Source: Gammaproteobacteria bacterium HGW-Gammaproteobacteria-2
GTDB lineage: Bacteria; Pseudomonadota; Gammaproteobacteria; Xanthomonadales; Xanthomonadaceae
DNA length: 64,000 nt
Direction of reading: 5' to 3'
NCBI GenBank assembly: GCA_002840015.1
Contig: PGZE01000005.1
Span: 408 to 64,407 of the forward strand
Position 1 is the first letter of the stretch; each line of letters opens with the position of its first letter. The position numbers and the translations under genes are program-made. Of this stretch, positions 41,681 to 51,702 are shown in pieces. The notes under the pieces were generated by a model that had not been told where the DNA came from, did not search any database, and was given only the letters and a program-made list of their open reading frames with translations.

Positions 41681-42445
41681 ATGAAAATCGCCAGTTGGAA
41701 CGTCAATTCCCTCAACGTGCGGCTACCGCATCTGCAGCAGTGGCTCGGCCAGTGCCAGCCCGACATCGTGGCGCTGCAGGAAACCAAGCTCGAAGACCAC
41801 AAGTTTCCCGATAGCGAACTGGCCGAAGCGGGCTACCGCAGCGTGTTCGCCGGGCAGAAAACTTATAACGGTGTCGCCATCGTCAGCCGCTCAGCCGCCA
41901 GCGAGGTGCAGGTCGGCATTCCCGGGTTCGCCGATGAACAAAAGCGCGTGCTCGCCGCCACCATCGATGGCCTGCGCATCGTCAACCTGTACGTGGTCAA
42001 CGGCAAGGCGGTTGGCGACGAAAAATACGATTACAAACTGGCCTGGCTCGATGCCCTGCGTCAATGGCTGGCACTGGAACTGCTGCGTTATCCGAACATG
42101 GTAGTGCTCGGTGATTTCAACATCGCCCCGGACGACCGCGATGTACACGATCCTGCCGCCTGGAAAGACCAGATTTTATGTTCCGACGCTGAACGCGGCG
42201 CGCTCAACAAACTGCTTGCGCTGGGCCTGCATGACAGCTTCCGCCTGCACCACGACGATGCCGGGCAATTCAGCTGGTGGGATTACCGCGCCGCCGGTTT
42301 TCGCCGCAATCTCGGGCTACGCATCGATCTGGTACTGGTATCGGACGCCTTGAAAGCGCGCTGTGTCGGCGCTGAAATCGACCGCGAGCCGCGCACCTGG
42401 GAGCGGCCCAGCGATCACACGCCGGTGCTGGTGGAACTGCAATAA
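41681..42445 (+). CDS. xthA: exodeoxyribonuclease III
   Basis: MKIASWNVNSLNVR, LQETK, GDFNIAP, SDHTPV: the EEP-family ExoIII pattern. Confidence 0.93.
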   Translation: MKIASWNVNSLNVRLPHLQQWLGQCQPDIVALQETKLEDHKFPDSELAEAGYRSVFAGQKTYNGVAIVSRSAASEVQVGIPGFADEQKRVLAATIDGLRIVNLYVVNGKAVGDEKYDYKLAWLDALRQWLALELLRYPNMVVLGDFNIAPDDRDVHDPAAWKDQILCSDAERGALNKLLALGLHDSFRLHHDDAGQFSWWDYRAAGFRRNLGLRIDLVLVSDALKARCVGAEIDREPRTWERPSDHTPVLVELQ

Positions 42446-42465
42446 GCAGGGCAGTTGCTACACCG

Positions 42466-43647
42466 TCACACCGACCGCAGCGCCGCAGTCACCGGCATCC
42501 GCGCCGCGTGCAGCGCCGGGGCAAGACCACCGATAAATCCGATGGCCAGCGCCCAAAGCAAGCCACGTAAAACCAGTTGTGGGGTTACCGCAAAATTGAA
42601 CGCAACCTGGGTGAAACCCTGGCCGAGCGTACTCACGCTGTAGCCGTTGAACAGGCCATAGGCAATGGCCGCACCAAGTACGCCGCCGGCCAGCGACAAC
42701 AACAGCGATTCGGCCATCACCGAAGCCACTACCGGCAACCGGCCAAAACCGAGCGCGCGCAAGGTGCCGATTTCGGCGGTGCGCGCCGACACCGCCGAGT
42801 ACATGGTATTGAGCGCGCCAAACAAGGCGCCAATCGCCATGATTACGGTGACAATGCCGGTGACCACACCGATCTGGTTGGTGAAGTTTTGTGATTGTGC
42901 GGAAAAATAATCGCGCTCGCGCTGCACATCCACATTCAGTTGCGGATCGGCGGTCAACCGCCGCTTGATGCCGGCAAACGCATCGGCGCTGCGTAGTTGC
43001 ACCAGCACCGAGGAAAACGTGCTGCGGAAAAACGATGCCTGCGTGGTTTCGACATCAGCCCATAGCTCGCTCTCGTGCGCATCGCCGCTTTCAAACACAC
43101 CCACGATGTCCCAGATCGATCCGCGAAAGCGCAACTTTTCGCCCACCTCCAGCCCATCGAACTGACGCTGTGCACCGCGCCCGACAATCAGCTCGCGCAA
43201 GCCCGGCTTGAACAAACGGCCCTCAACGATGCGTAGCTCAGGGCGCATGCTGACGCCCTTGAGCTCCACCCCGCGCAGCGATACGTTGGCGCCGGTGTTC
43301 TGGCCCTTGCGCGGCACTTCGGTAACCACCAGCAGCTCGGCCGACGCCAGCGGCAGGCCATCGCCGCCACGTGCGACCGCCGGATCCTGACGCATCAGCG
43401 TGGTGGCAGCACGATCGAGAAAGCTGGAGATTTCAGCATTGGAACCGCCACGCAGCACGATCACCCGATCCATCGCACCGGTTGCCTTCAGCGTTTTGCT
43501 GAAGCCCTGTGCCATCGACAACATCGCCACCAGCACGCCAACCACGCCGGCAATGCCGATCACCACTACCAGCGACGCGCCCCAGCGCTGCGGGATGCTG
43601 CGCAGGTTCATCCACACGATTTCGCGTACCTGGGTGATGGTGCTCAT
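42466..43647 (-). CDS. ABC transporter permease, FtsX/MacB-like
   Basis: N-terminal TM, a large periplasmic domain, and a C-terminal FtsX-type 3-TM bundle. Confidence 0.85.
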   Translation of the reverse strand: MSTITQVREIVWMNLRSIPQRWGASLVVVIGIAGVVGVLVAMLSMAQGFSKTLKATGAMDRVIVLRGGSNAEISSFLDRAATTLMRQDPAVARGGDGLPLASAELLVVTEVPRKGQNTGANVSLRGVELKGVSMRPELRIVEGRLFKPGLRELIVGRGAQRQFDGLEVGEKLRFRGSIWDIVGVFESGDAHESELWADVETTQASFFRSTFSSVLVQLRSADAFAGIKRRLTADPQLNVDVQRERDYFSAQSQNFTNQIGVVTGIVTVIMAIGALFGALNTMYSAVSARTAEIGTLRALGFGRLPVVASVMAESLLLSLAGGVLGAAIAYGLFNGYSVSTLGQGFTQVAFNFAVTPQLVLRGLLWALAIGFIGGLAPALHAARMPVTAALRSV

Positions 43648-43654
43648 GCGTTAC

Positions 43655-44812
43655 TCAGCGCCCTGCCAGGGCATCGACGATCTTGATCCGCATCGCATGC
43701 AGTGCCGGCGGCAAGCCCACTGCAACGGCCAGCAACAACATGCTGCCCAATGCGATTGCCCAGACTCTGGCATCAGTGCGCACCGGCGGAAAATCAGCCG
43801 GCAACGCAGCGGTTGCGAAGCTGGCCAGCGCCATGCCCGCCAGCCCACCAAGCAGGCATAACAGTAGCGCCTCGGCCAACACCAGCGCCAGCACCGTGCG
43901 ATCGGTAAAGCCCAGGCACTTGAGCACCGCCAATTCCGGTGTGCGCTCGCGCACTGCCTGCGCCATGGTGTTACCGGTCAGCATCAGGATGGTGAAGAAC
44001 ACCGCGCCGAGAATGGCGTTGACGATGAAGCCGATGTCGCCGAGCTGGCGCAGAAAACCGATCTGGAACTCCTGCTCGCTCTGGGTTTTGGTTTCATCGC
44101 GTGAGTTGGCAAACTTGGCGTCGATCGCCGCAGCAATGCGATCGGCCTGCAGCGCATCCTTGATCCGTACCGCAAACACCCCGGCCAGGCCTTGGCCACC
44201 GCTGCGCGCTTCATCGAAATACTGATAGTTGAGGTACATCAGGCTGGCGCGTTCGCTCCACTGTTGATCGCGGCCATCGAAGATGCCGACCAGCTCCCAC
44301 TCCCAGGCACGCGAGCCATCGGCCAGCGTCCAGATGAACGAGGTCAACGGAATCCGGTCGCCCACTTTCCAGCCAAAACGATCAGCCAGCACCCGCCCGG
44401 CAATCGCGCCATTGGGCGTGGAAATGAATGCGCGCCGCTGTGCCGGCGGCAACACCCATTCGGGATAGGTGTCAAACATGCGCTGTGGGTTGACCGCGAA
44501 CTGCGGGAAGAAATTTCGCGCATCCTGATACACGCCACCAAAAAACTGCGAATGCGACACGCTCTGCACACCGGGCACCGCTTCGATCTGCGGCAATAAG
44601 CGCATTGGCAACGGCTGGGTAAAGCTGACCCGCGCCTGGGTGATCAGCCGGTTGGCACCGAGAAAATCGGCGCCACCGGAAAACAGCGAGTTCACCGCCT
44701 GCAACAAACCCAGCAGCAGGAATGCGGCGATCAGCGACAGGCCGGTGAACAGCGTGCGCGTTTTCTTGCGCCACAGGCCCGACCAGATCAGCGGCAGATA
44801 TTTGAGCACCAT
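43655..44812 (-). CDS. ABC transporter permease, FtsX/MacB-like
   Basis: Same architecture as the neighbouring permease. Confidence 0.85.
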   Translation of the reverse strand: MVLKYLPLIWSGLWRKKTRTLFTGLSLIAAFLLLGLLQAVNSLFSGGADFLGANRLITQARVSFTQPLPMRLLPQIEAVPGVQSVSHSQFFGGVYQDARNFFPQFAVNPQRMFDTYPEWVLPPAQRRAFISTPNGAIAGRVLADRFGWKVGDRIPLTSFIWTLADGSRAWEWELVGIFDGRDQQWSERASLMYLNYQYFDEARSGGQGLAGVFAVRIKDALQADRIAAAIDAKFANSRDETKTQSEQEFQIGFLRQLGDIGFIVNAILGAVFFTILMLTGNTMAQAVRERTPELAVLKCLGFTDRTVLALVLAEALLLCLLGGLAGMALASFATAALPADFPPVRTDARVWAIALGSMLLLAVAVGLPPALHAMRIKIVDALAGR

Positions 44813-44815
44813 CGA

Positions 44816-45517
44816 TCAGTGCGCCGCGCTGGCCATCACGCCATCGGCAACCAGCGTGCCCTTGTCCAGATGCACGGTGTGGGTGGCAAACTCAGCCGCC
44901 TTGGGGTCGTGGGTCACCATCACGATGGTTTTTCCAAATTGCTGGTTGAGCTGCTGCAACAAGGTAAGTACTTCATCCGCGGTTTTGCGGTCGAGGTCGC
45001 CGGTTGGCTCATCGCAGATCAACAGCAACGGATCGGACACCAGCGCCCGGGCGATGGCGACGCGCTGTTGCTGGCCGCCGGACAACTCGTTGGGTTTGTG
45101 CCCGGCGCGGTCTGCGAGCCCAACCAGATCCAGTGCAATGGCCGCACGCCGGCTGCGCTCGCGCGCACTCATCTCGGTCAGCAGCAAGGGCAGTTCGACA
45201 TTGCGCTGCGCACTGAGCACCGGCATCAGGTTGTAGCTCTGGAAAATGAAACCCACCGTGTTCGCACGCCATGCCGCCAGCGCGTCGGCACCCAGTGCAT
45301 CGATACGCTCCCCGCCGACCTTGAGCTCGCCCGCCGTGGGCGAATCCAGGCCACCGATCAGATTGAGCAAGGTGGTTTTGCCCGAGCCCGACGGCCCCAT
45401 CAGCGCGACAAAATCGCCCTGCTCGATATCCAGCTCGATCCCGTGCAGCACTTCGATGCGCTGCTTGCCGCGCTCGTATACCTTGGTCAAGCCATGGATT
45501 TCGACCAGCGCGCTCAT
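44816..45517 (-). CDS. ABC transporter ATP-binding protein (MacB/LolD-type)
   Basis: GPSGSGKTTLLN, LSGGQQQRVAIARAL, LLICDEPTGDLD. Confidence 0.92.
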   Translation of the reverse strand: MSALVEIHGLTKVYERGKQRIEVLHGIELDIEQGDFVALMGPSGSGKTTLLNLIGGLDSPTAGELKVGGERIDALGADALAAWRANTVGFIFQSYNLMPVLSAQRNVELPLLLTEMSARERSRRAAIALDLVGLADRAGHKPNELSGGQQQRVAIARALVSDPLLLICDEPTGDLDRKTADEVLTLLQQLNQQFGKTIVMVTHDPKAAEFATHTVHLDKGTLVADGVMASAAH

Positions 45518-46725
45518 GGCTGCTTGGCTAGCACTTTGCTGCCATCACGCAATGCCGGCGGCGGCGACAGCACCACCACCTCGCCATCCGTCACGCCGTT
45601 GCTCACCAGCGTCTCGGCGTCGGCGACGGTGCCGGTCTTCACCTCGCGGCGTATTGCGATCGAGTCGGCCACCACAAACACGGCGGGCGCGGCATCCTTG
45701 TTTTCGACAATGGCTCGGCTGGGCAGCCAGACCCCGCTGAGTACTTCACCGGCACCCGGCGCTTCAAGGAAACTCACGCGTACGCCCATGTCGGGCACGA
45801 TGCGCGGATCGCGCTCGGTGATCGCAATCCGCACCTTCACCGTGGCCTTGGCACGATCCGCAGCCGGGATGATGGCGATTACCTTGGCCGGTATCTTCCA
45901 GTCGGGGTAGGCATTGAGCACCGCTTGCACCGGCATCTCCGGCTGCACCCGGCCGATGTAGGCTTCGTTGACATCAACCTCGATTTCCAACGAGTCCATG
46001 TCCACCAGCGTGCAGATGCCGGTACGGGTGAAGCCGCCGCCCGCCGACACTGGCGAAATCATCTCGCCCGGCTGCGCCGCCTTGGCGATCACCACGCCGG
46101 CAAACGGAGCGCGCACGATGGTGTTGTCGATGTTGATCTGCGCCACCGCCAGCGCGCGCTCGGACACCTGCACCTGCTGCTGCGCGCTGGCCAGCCGTGC
46201 GGCCAGTGCGGCGCGTTCGGTCTGGGCCTGATCGAGCACCGATTCGGACACCAGCTTGCGCGCGATCAGGGCCTTCTGCCGCTCCACCTCACGCTCGGCC
46301 AGTGCCAGATTGGCGCGCACCTCGCCCAATTGCGCGCGCGCTGCATTGAGCTGCGCCGTAGACAGTGCGAACTGCGCCTGCGCATCGGTATCGTCGAGCC
46401 GGGCAACGACTTGATCCTCGGCCACGCGCATCCCTTCTTCAATCAACACCTCGCGCACCTTGCCAGTGATCTTGGCCGACACCGTGGCTTGCCGGCGCGC
46501 CACCACATAGCCGGTGGCATCGAGCACCGACACCGGGCCGCTGCTGGCGGCATCACGCGCGACCGCGGTTTCCACCGCCACCGGCCCGCTGCGGCCCAAC
46601 ACCAGCCACAGCACGGCCAGCACGCTGACGATGGCCAGCGGCCAGCGCCAACGGCGGCGCGGCTTGCCCGCCTTGGCGCTGCGGTCGATCCGCAGTTGCT
46701 TGAGCATCTGCTCGGCACGATCCAT
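45514..46725 (-). CDS. efflux periplasmic adaptor (HlyD/MacA family)
   Basis: N-terminal anchor, a coiled-coil hairpin (QAQFALSTAQLNAARAQL...) and a beta-barrel region (APFAGVV). Confidence 0.88.
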   Translation of the reverse strand: MDRAEQMLKQLRIDRSAKAGKPRRRWRWPLAIVSVLAVLWLVLGRSGPVAVETAVARDAASSGPVSVLDATGYVVARRQATVSAKITGKVREVLIEEGMRVAEDQVVARLDDTDAQAQFALSTAQLNAARAQLGEVRANLALAEREVERQKALIARKLVSESVLDQAQTERAALAARLASAQQQVQVSERALAVAQINIDNTIVRAPFAGVVIAKAAQPGEMISPVSAGGGFTRTGICTLVDMDSLEIEVDVNEAYIGRVQPEMPVQAVLNAYPDWKIPAKVIAIIPAADRAKATVKVRIAITERDPRIVPDMGVRVSFLEAPGAGEVLSGVWLPSRAIVENKDAAPAVFVVADSIAIRREVKTGTVADAETLVSNGVTDGEVVVLSPPPALRDGSKVLAKQP

Positions 46726-46793
46726 GAATCAGCTTCCCTGAGTGGTTACCGCAAAGTGTAGTGTGTGAGGGGTTGAAGCGGATGTGATGATTG

Positions 46794-48173
46794 TCAGCTG
46801 GCAAACCGGCGTTCCAGCATCGCAAACGCCGCCCGCAAGCCCTGCGCTTCACCGCCCACCGCGCGCCCCGGCCGCTCGCTGTCGTTCCAGCTGAACACAT
46901 CCAGATGCGCCCACGGCAGTTCGCCCGGCACGAAGCGTTGCAGGTACAACGCGGCGGTGACTGAACCGGCCATGCGCGAGCCGCCCGCATTGGCGAGATC
47001 GGCGATGCTGCTTTTCAGGTAGCGCTGATATGGCTGCCACAGCGGCATCCGCCACAGTGGGTCGTGCTCGGCCTGCCCGGCCACCAGCCAGTCGTTGGCA
47101 AGCGTGTCGTCGTTGGCGAACAGCGCCGGCAGTTCCGGCCCCAGCGCAATGCGTGCGGCACCGGTGAGGGTGGCGAAATCCAGGATCAGGCGCGGCTTGT
47201 GCTCGCTGGCATAGGCAAGCGCATCGCACAGCACCACCCGGCCCTCGGCATCGGTGTTGTCGATTTCAACACTCAGCCCAAGCCGGGTGGCGATCACCTC
47301 GCCCGGCCGATAGGCATTGGCGGCAATCGCATTTTCCACTGCTGGCACGTACAAGCGCAGATGCACCGGCAGCGCGCGCGCCATCACCAGTTCCGCAAGG
47401 GCGATGGCATGCGCCGCACCACCCATGTCCTTTTTCATGTTGCGCATGCCGTCCGACGGCTTGATGTCGAGCCCGCCGGTATCAAAGCACACACCTTTGC
47501 CAACCAGCGCAATCGCCGGGTGCGCTGGGTCGCCCCAGCGCAGTTCGATCAACCGCGGCGCGCGATGGCTAGCGCGGCCCACCGCGTGGATCGCGGGGAA
47601 ACCCTGCGCCAGCAGATCATCGCCGGTGATGGCCGTAACCTGCGCGCCATGACGTTTGCCAATCTCGCGCACCACCGCTTCCAGTTGATCCGGGCCCATG
47701 TCCTCGGTGGGCGTGTTGACCAGATCACGCACCCGGCAACAGGCCGCCAGCTGTGCCAGCCAGGCATCGTGCTCGCCAGCATCCAGCACCAGCCGTGCCG
47801 GCTCACGCACGGCATTGCGATAGCGGTTGAAACGATAACTGCCAAGGCCCCAGCCGAGCGCGGCGCGGGCGAAATCGAGGTTCTGGCCCGGTGCCGCAAG
47901 CAGGCGATAATCGCCGTCCGGCAAGCTGCTCGGTAGATGCGCCAACGCGAACGGGTCGTCGGCATCGTTGATGCCGGCCAGCACCATCATTACCTCGCCG
48001 TGCGTACCGGGAACCACCAACGCGGTAGCCGGCGCAGCAGTAAACGCGTGGACCGCTGCCCAGCGTTGCACCGATTCGGGCTGGGTCTGTAAGAAATCGA
48101 ACAACTGATCACTGCGCAGCGCATACAGCGTGATGGCATCGGTACTGCGCGAAAAACCGGCGGGGAGGGTCAT
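46794..48173 (-). CDS. leucyl aminopeptidase family protein (M17)
   Basis: NTDAEGRVVLCDAL and VGKGVCFDTGG motifs. Start taken at MTLPAGF (ATG 48173); the ORF extends to a TTG at 48233. Confidence 0.87.
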   Translation of the reverse strand: MTLPAGFSRSTDAITLYALRSDQLFDFLQTQPESVQRWAAVHAFTAAPATALVVPGTHGEVMMVLAGINDADDPFALAHLPSSLPDGDYRLLAAPGQNLDFARAALGWGLGSYRFNRYRNAVREPARLVLDAGEHDAWLAQLAACCRVRDLVNTPTEDMGPDQLEAVVREIGKRHGAQVTAITGDDLLAQGFPAIHAVGRASHRAPRLIELRWGDPAHPAIALVGKGVCFDTGGLDIKPSDGMRNMKKDMGGAAHAIALAELVMARALPVHLRLYVPAVENAIAANAYRPGEVIATRLGLSVEIDNTDAEGRVVLCDALAYASEHKPRLILDFATLTGAARIALGPELPALFANDDTLANDWLVAGQAEHDPLWRMPLWQPYQRYLKSSIADLANAGGSRMAGSVTAALYLQRFVPGELPWAHLDVFSWNDSERPGRAVGGEAQGLRAAFAMLERRFAS

Positions 48174-48229
48174 GGCAAAGTCCGTGAGTAGTGTGCAACG
48201 AGAGTGGAAAACATCAACGCGAATCCAGG

Positions 48230-48931
48230 TCAATCCCAGACATGGTCATCAAGCCAGTCAGCCAGTGCGGTGAGATCGGAAAATTGCAGATGCGGTGTCA
48301 CATCATCCACCGGCCACACGTGGCCGTGGCGATTGATCCAGCAGCCGCGCAAGCCCGCAGCGTGCGCACCCACCACATCCAGATGCGGATCATCGCCAAC
48401 ATGCAGCACCTCGCCGGGTGCCAGCTTCAAGCGTGCGCAGGCGGCGTGAAAAATACTGGCATCGGGCTTGGCCGCACCGTGCTCGCGGGCACCGAGTTGA
48501 AACACAAAACGCCCGGCCAGCGGCGTCAGCGCAAGGTCGGCATTGCCATTGGTCAAGGCCGCAATCGGTACCCGCGCCGCGATGCGATCCAGCGCATCGA
48601 GCACCTCGGGATACAGATCGACTTCGTTGCGCGCGGCAAAAAACACCGCGTAAGCGTGTTCGCTGTGCGCAGGATCATGGCCGCTTTGCGCCAGCGCGTA
48701 GCGCAGCGACTCCATCCGCTGGGTGCTGTAATCATGCGCTAGCTGCGGGTTGTCGCTGGCAATCTGATCGCGTAGCGCACGCATGGCCAGCACCGGAAAT
48801 CGCTCGGCAGCACGCGGCGCGTGTTCGCACAGCCAGTCGTGCAGCACCGCTTCGGCGCGCTCGATGACCGGCTCGATTGGCCACAGCGTGTCGTCGAGAT
48901 CCAGGGTAATGGCGCGTGGGCGAAAACTCAT
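48230..48931 (-). CDS. HAD family hydrolase
   Basis: ITLDLDDTLW motif I, a LTNG-type motif II and a HVGDD motif. Confidence 0.85.
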   Translation of the reverse strand: MSFRPRAITLDLDDTLWPIEPVIERAEAVLHDWLCEHAPRAAERFPVLAMRALRDQIASDNPQLAHDYSTQRMESLRYALAQSGHDPAHSEHAYAVFFAARNEVDLYPEVLDALDRIAARVPIAALTNGNADLALTPLAGRFVFQLGAREHGAAKPDASIFHAACARLKLAPGEVLHVGDDPHLDVVGAHAAGLRGCWINRHGHVWPVDDVTPHLQFSDLTALADWLDDHVWD

Positions 48932-49045
48932 CGCAGCATTCTAACCGGGCATCGATGAATGCGGCGTCGCGGCGTTCGAGATACGCAAAGCGTGTGCTGT
49001 ACAGCATCGGGTTTGAAATTTAACGGTGGTTGGCGCGGCTCGCGC

Positions 49046-49183
49046 GGTCGCCCACAGGATGGGCTCCAGGGCGCTGCAAGGCGTTTGTGGGAGCGTGCCT
49101 TGCGCGCGAAGCTGTCGCACGATGGTTCGCCGGCAGGCCGGCTCCCACAACAGCACGGATTGGCAGCAGCGAGCAACACAGTT
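49046..49183. repeat. REP/MITE-like intergenic repeat, copy 2 (inverted relative to 33319..33457)
   Basis: TGTGGGAGCGTGCCTTGCGCGCGAAGCTGTCGCACGATGGTTCGCCGGCAGGCCGGCTCCCACA core. Followed by four CTGTGGG(A/C) units at 49206..49251. Confidence 0.8.
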
Positions 49184-49382
49184 GCTACAGGCAGGCATTC
49201 ACGCCCTGTGGGAGATCACCGCTGTGGGAACCCTGTGGGAACCCTGTGGGCGACCCTTCTACCGTCCCACGATGGTCACTGACCGAGCGCATCGATCCCC
49301 AACGTATCCGTGCGCCAGACTCGCTTTGGCCGCTTTGCGCCGCTACTGGCGTTCGTTTCACCATGCCATTCGGTGCGCATGC

Positions 49383-51620
49383 ATGCCTGTCGAACCTGAC
49401 GTTGCTCGGAACTGGTTCATGCGGCCATGGCTTCTCGGCATTGCAGCCCATCAACCGATACGCCGCACGAGCGGAGGGCCTACGAACGACTTCCGATACA
49501 AAGCGTTCATCAGCTATAGCTGGGCCGACAAGACCTGGGCTGGGTGGTTGCATCGCGTGCTGGAGGCCTATCGCCCGCCCAAGGGAATGAACGTCGCGGC
49601 GCGACCGCTGTATCCGATCTTCAAGGACCGCGAAGAGGAAGCCGCTGGCGCGTCGATTGGCGCGTCGATCGAGGCTGCACTGGGGGCGTCGGAATTCCTG
49701 ATTGTGTTGTGCTCGCCGCGCGCGGTGGCGTCACCGTGGGTCAACCACGAAGTCGCCTGGTTCAAGATCCATCGCGATCCGAAGAAAATCCTGGCGTTGA
49801 TCGTCGGTGGCGAACCCGGCTCTTCGCAGACCCCAGCCGAGGCGGCAGACGCGTGTTTCCCGGCGTCGTTGCTGTATCAGGTCAACGCTGATCTGCTGGC
49901 GACCGAGGTGCTCGCAGACGCGCCGCTGGCAGCAGATGCGCGCGCCCATGGCGACGGCAAACGACTCGCCAAACTCAAACTCGCCGCGGCAATGTTGGGG
50001 GTTGGCCTTGATACCCTGGTGCAACGCGACGACCGCCGCCGCGCTGCGCGCCGGCGGCTGCTGCTGGTTGGGCTGATGGCGCTGTCCACGGTACTTGCCG
50101 GCCTTTCGATTTTTGCTTTCAACCAACGCGACGCAGCGCTGCACGCACGCAATCAGGCGGTCGCCTCGAAACAGGAGGCCGAGTTCCAGCGCGACCAGGC
50201 GCAGGGCTTGGTTGAGTTCATGGTCACCGACCTGCGCAAGCGCCTCGACGCGGTGGGGCGGCTGGATGTACTGGAAGCGGTCGGTAGCCAGCTCGCCGAC
50301 TTTTACGCCAAACAAAACCTCGCCACGCTCAACCCCGACGCGCTTGGCCGCCGCGCCCGCGTGCAGTTGTTGCTGGGCGAGGTCGATAACTTGCGCGGCA
50401 ATCTCGATCCTGCCCTCGCCCGCTATCGAGAGGCAGCAGCGACCACGCAGGAACTCCTGCGTCGCGACCCGGACAATCAACAGCGAATTTTCGACCATGC
50501 GCAGGCGGTGTTCTGGGTTGGCCAGATTGCCTGGCAGCGCGGCGATGCGACAACGGCGCGGTCGTTCTGGACGCAGTACTACGCGCAGGCACAGCGGCTG
50601 GTGGCGCTGGATCCGGACAAGGACGATTGGCAGGCGGAGCTTATGTATGCCGATTCCAATCTTGGCACGCTGGACATGGATCAGGGCGATGCGAAAGCGG
50701 CGGCAGCGCACTTTGCGCAATCGCTGTCACGGTCGATAAAGATATATGGCGAAGCGCCGCAGACCGCTCAAGCCGCGATCGAATTGGGGCAATCCTACTC
50801 CTGGCTGGCGAATGCGCTGTTTCACCAAGCCAAACTTGACGAAGCGCAAGCGGCGCGGCGTGCCGAACTGGCGGTTTACGCCAGGGCAAACCAAGGCAAC
50901 CCTGGGCGCGCGGACATCAAAAAGCGGGAATCCATTGCACGCTATGACCTCGCCGACATGTTGCTGGCGGCAGGGCAAATTGAAGAAGCGACGACCGAGG
51001 CGAAGGTGGCGGTCGAGCTGGCGGACGGCATACGCAGCAAAGACCCAGAAAACCTCGGCCTGGCCGACCGCGCCAGCCTGGCCCACACCCTGCTCGGGGA
51101 AGCGTACGGGCATGCCGGACAGACCGGTGCAGCCCGTCAACAATTGGCGGCCGCCATCGCCATCGCCGATCGTCTGGTCGCGAAAGACGAATCGATCGTG
51201 CGTTGGCGCGGCAAGGTCGGCGCGCTGCCGCGGCTGATCCTGGCGCGGCTGGAAGCGCGCTCCGATCAGCCCACAACCGCCTCGGCCACCTATCTACGCT
51301 TGACTTCCAGCTTGCGCCCCTTGCTCGCGGCGGGCACCAGCAAACAGTCGATCGAGAGCATCTATTGCGCGGCGCTGGCTGGGCAGGCGCGACTGGCACC
51401 GCAAAACCACGGCGCGAACTGGCAGGAAATCATCGCAATGCTGGGGCCAAAGCCCGAGCGCCATAGCCCGAAGACGCTGACCGTATTGGCCGAAGCATTG
51501 GTCAACAGTGAACGCGCCGACACCGCGAAATCCATCGTCGCGAAACTGTACCAAGCCGGCTATCGCCATCCCGAATTCATGGCATTGCTGAACATCTATC
51601 CCGTGCTGAGCCCCCCTTGA
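49383..51620 (+). CDS. TIR domain - transmembrane - TPR-like repeat protein
   Basis: YKAFISYSWADKTWAGWL and FLIVLCSPRAVASPWVNHEVAWF are TIR_2-like. RRRAARRR then the TM LLLVGLMALSTVLAGLSIFAF. About 480 aa of helical TPR-like repeats. Start 49383 or 49419. Confidence 0.8.
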   Translation: MPVEPDVARNWFMRPWLLGIAAHQPIRRTSGGPTNDFRYKAFISYSWADKTWAGWLHRVLEAYRPPKGMNVAARPLYPIFKDREEEAAGASIGASIEAALGASEFLIVLCSPRAVASPWVNHEVAWFKIHRDPKKILALIVGGEPGSSQTPAEAADACFPASLLYQVNADLLATEVLADAPLAADARAHGDGKRLAKLKLAAAMLGVGLDTLVQRDDRRRAARRRLLLVGLMALSTVLAGLSIFAFNQRDAALHARNQAVASKQEAEFQRDQAQGLVEFMVTDLRKRLDAVGRLDVLEAVGSQLADFYAKQNLATLNPDALGRRARVQLLLGEVDNLRGNLDPALARYREAAATTQELLRRDPDNQQRIFDHAQAVFWVGQIAWQRGDATTARSFWTQYYAQAQRLVALDPDKDDWQAELMYADSNLGTLDMDQGDAKAAAAHFAQSLSRSIKIYGEAPQTAQAAIELGQSYSWLANALFHQAKLDEAQAARRAELAVYARANQGNPGRADIKKRESIARYDLADMLLAAGQIEEATTEAKVAVELADGIRSKDPENLGLADRASLAHTLLGEAYGHAGQTGAARQQLAAAIAIADRLVAKDESIVRWRGKVGALPRLILARLEARSDQPTTASATYLRLTSSLRPLLAAGTSKQSIESIYCAALAGQARLAPQNHGANWQEIIAMLGPKPERHSPKTLTVLAEALVNSERADTAKSIVAKLYQAGYRHPEFMALLNIYPVLSPP

Positions 51621-51702
51621 ATTCACCGCGCGTTGCGGTGCTGTATCTGCTTGAGTGACCTGCCGCAACGCCCCCTCGTTGCAAGCCAAAAGGAAAACCA
51701 CC

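Noticed and set aside
49026-49382. N-terminal extension of the TIR protein ORF through 49026..49382, and ORF 33067..33552
   Set aside because: Both run through REP/MITE-like repeats and translate to repeat-derived peptides (..CGSVPCARSCRTMVRRQAGS..). They are not credible coding sequence.
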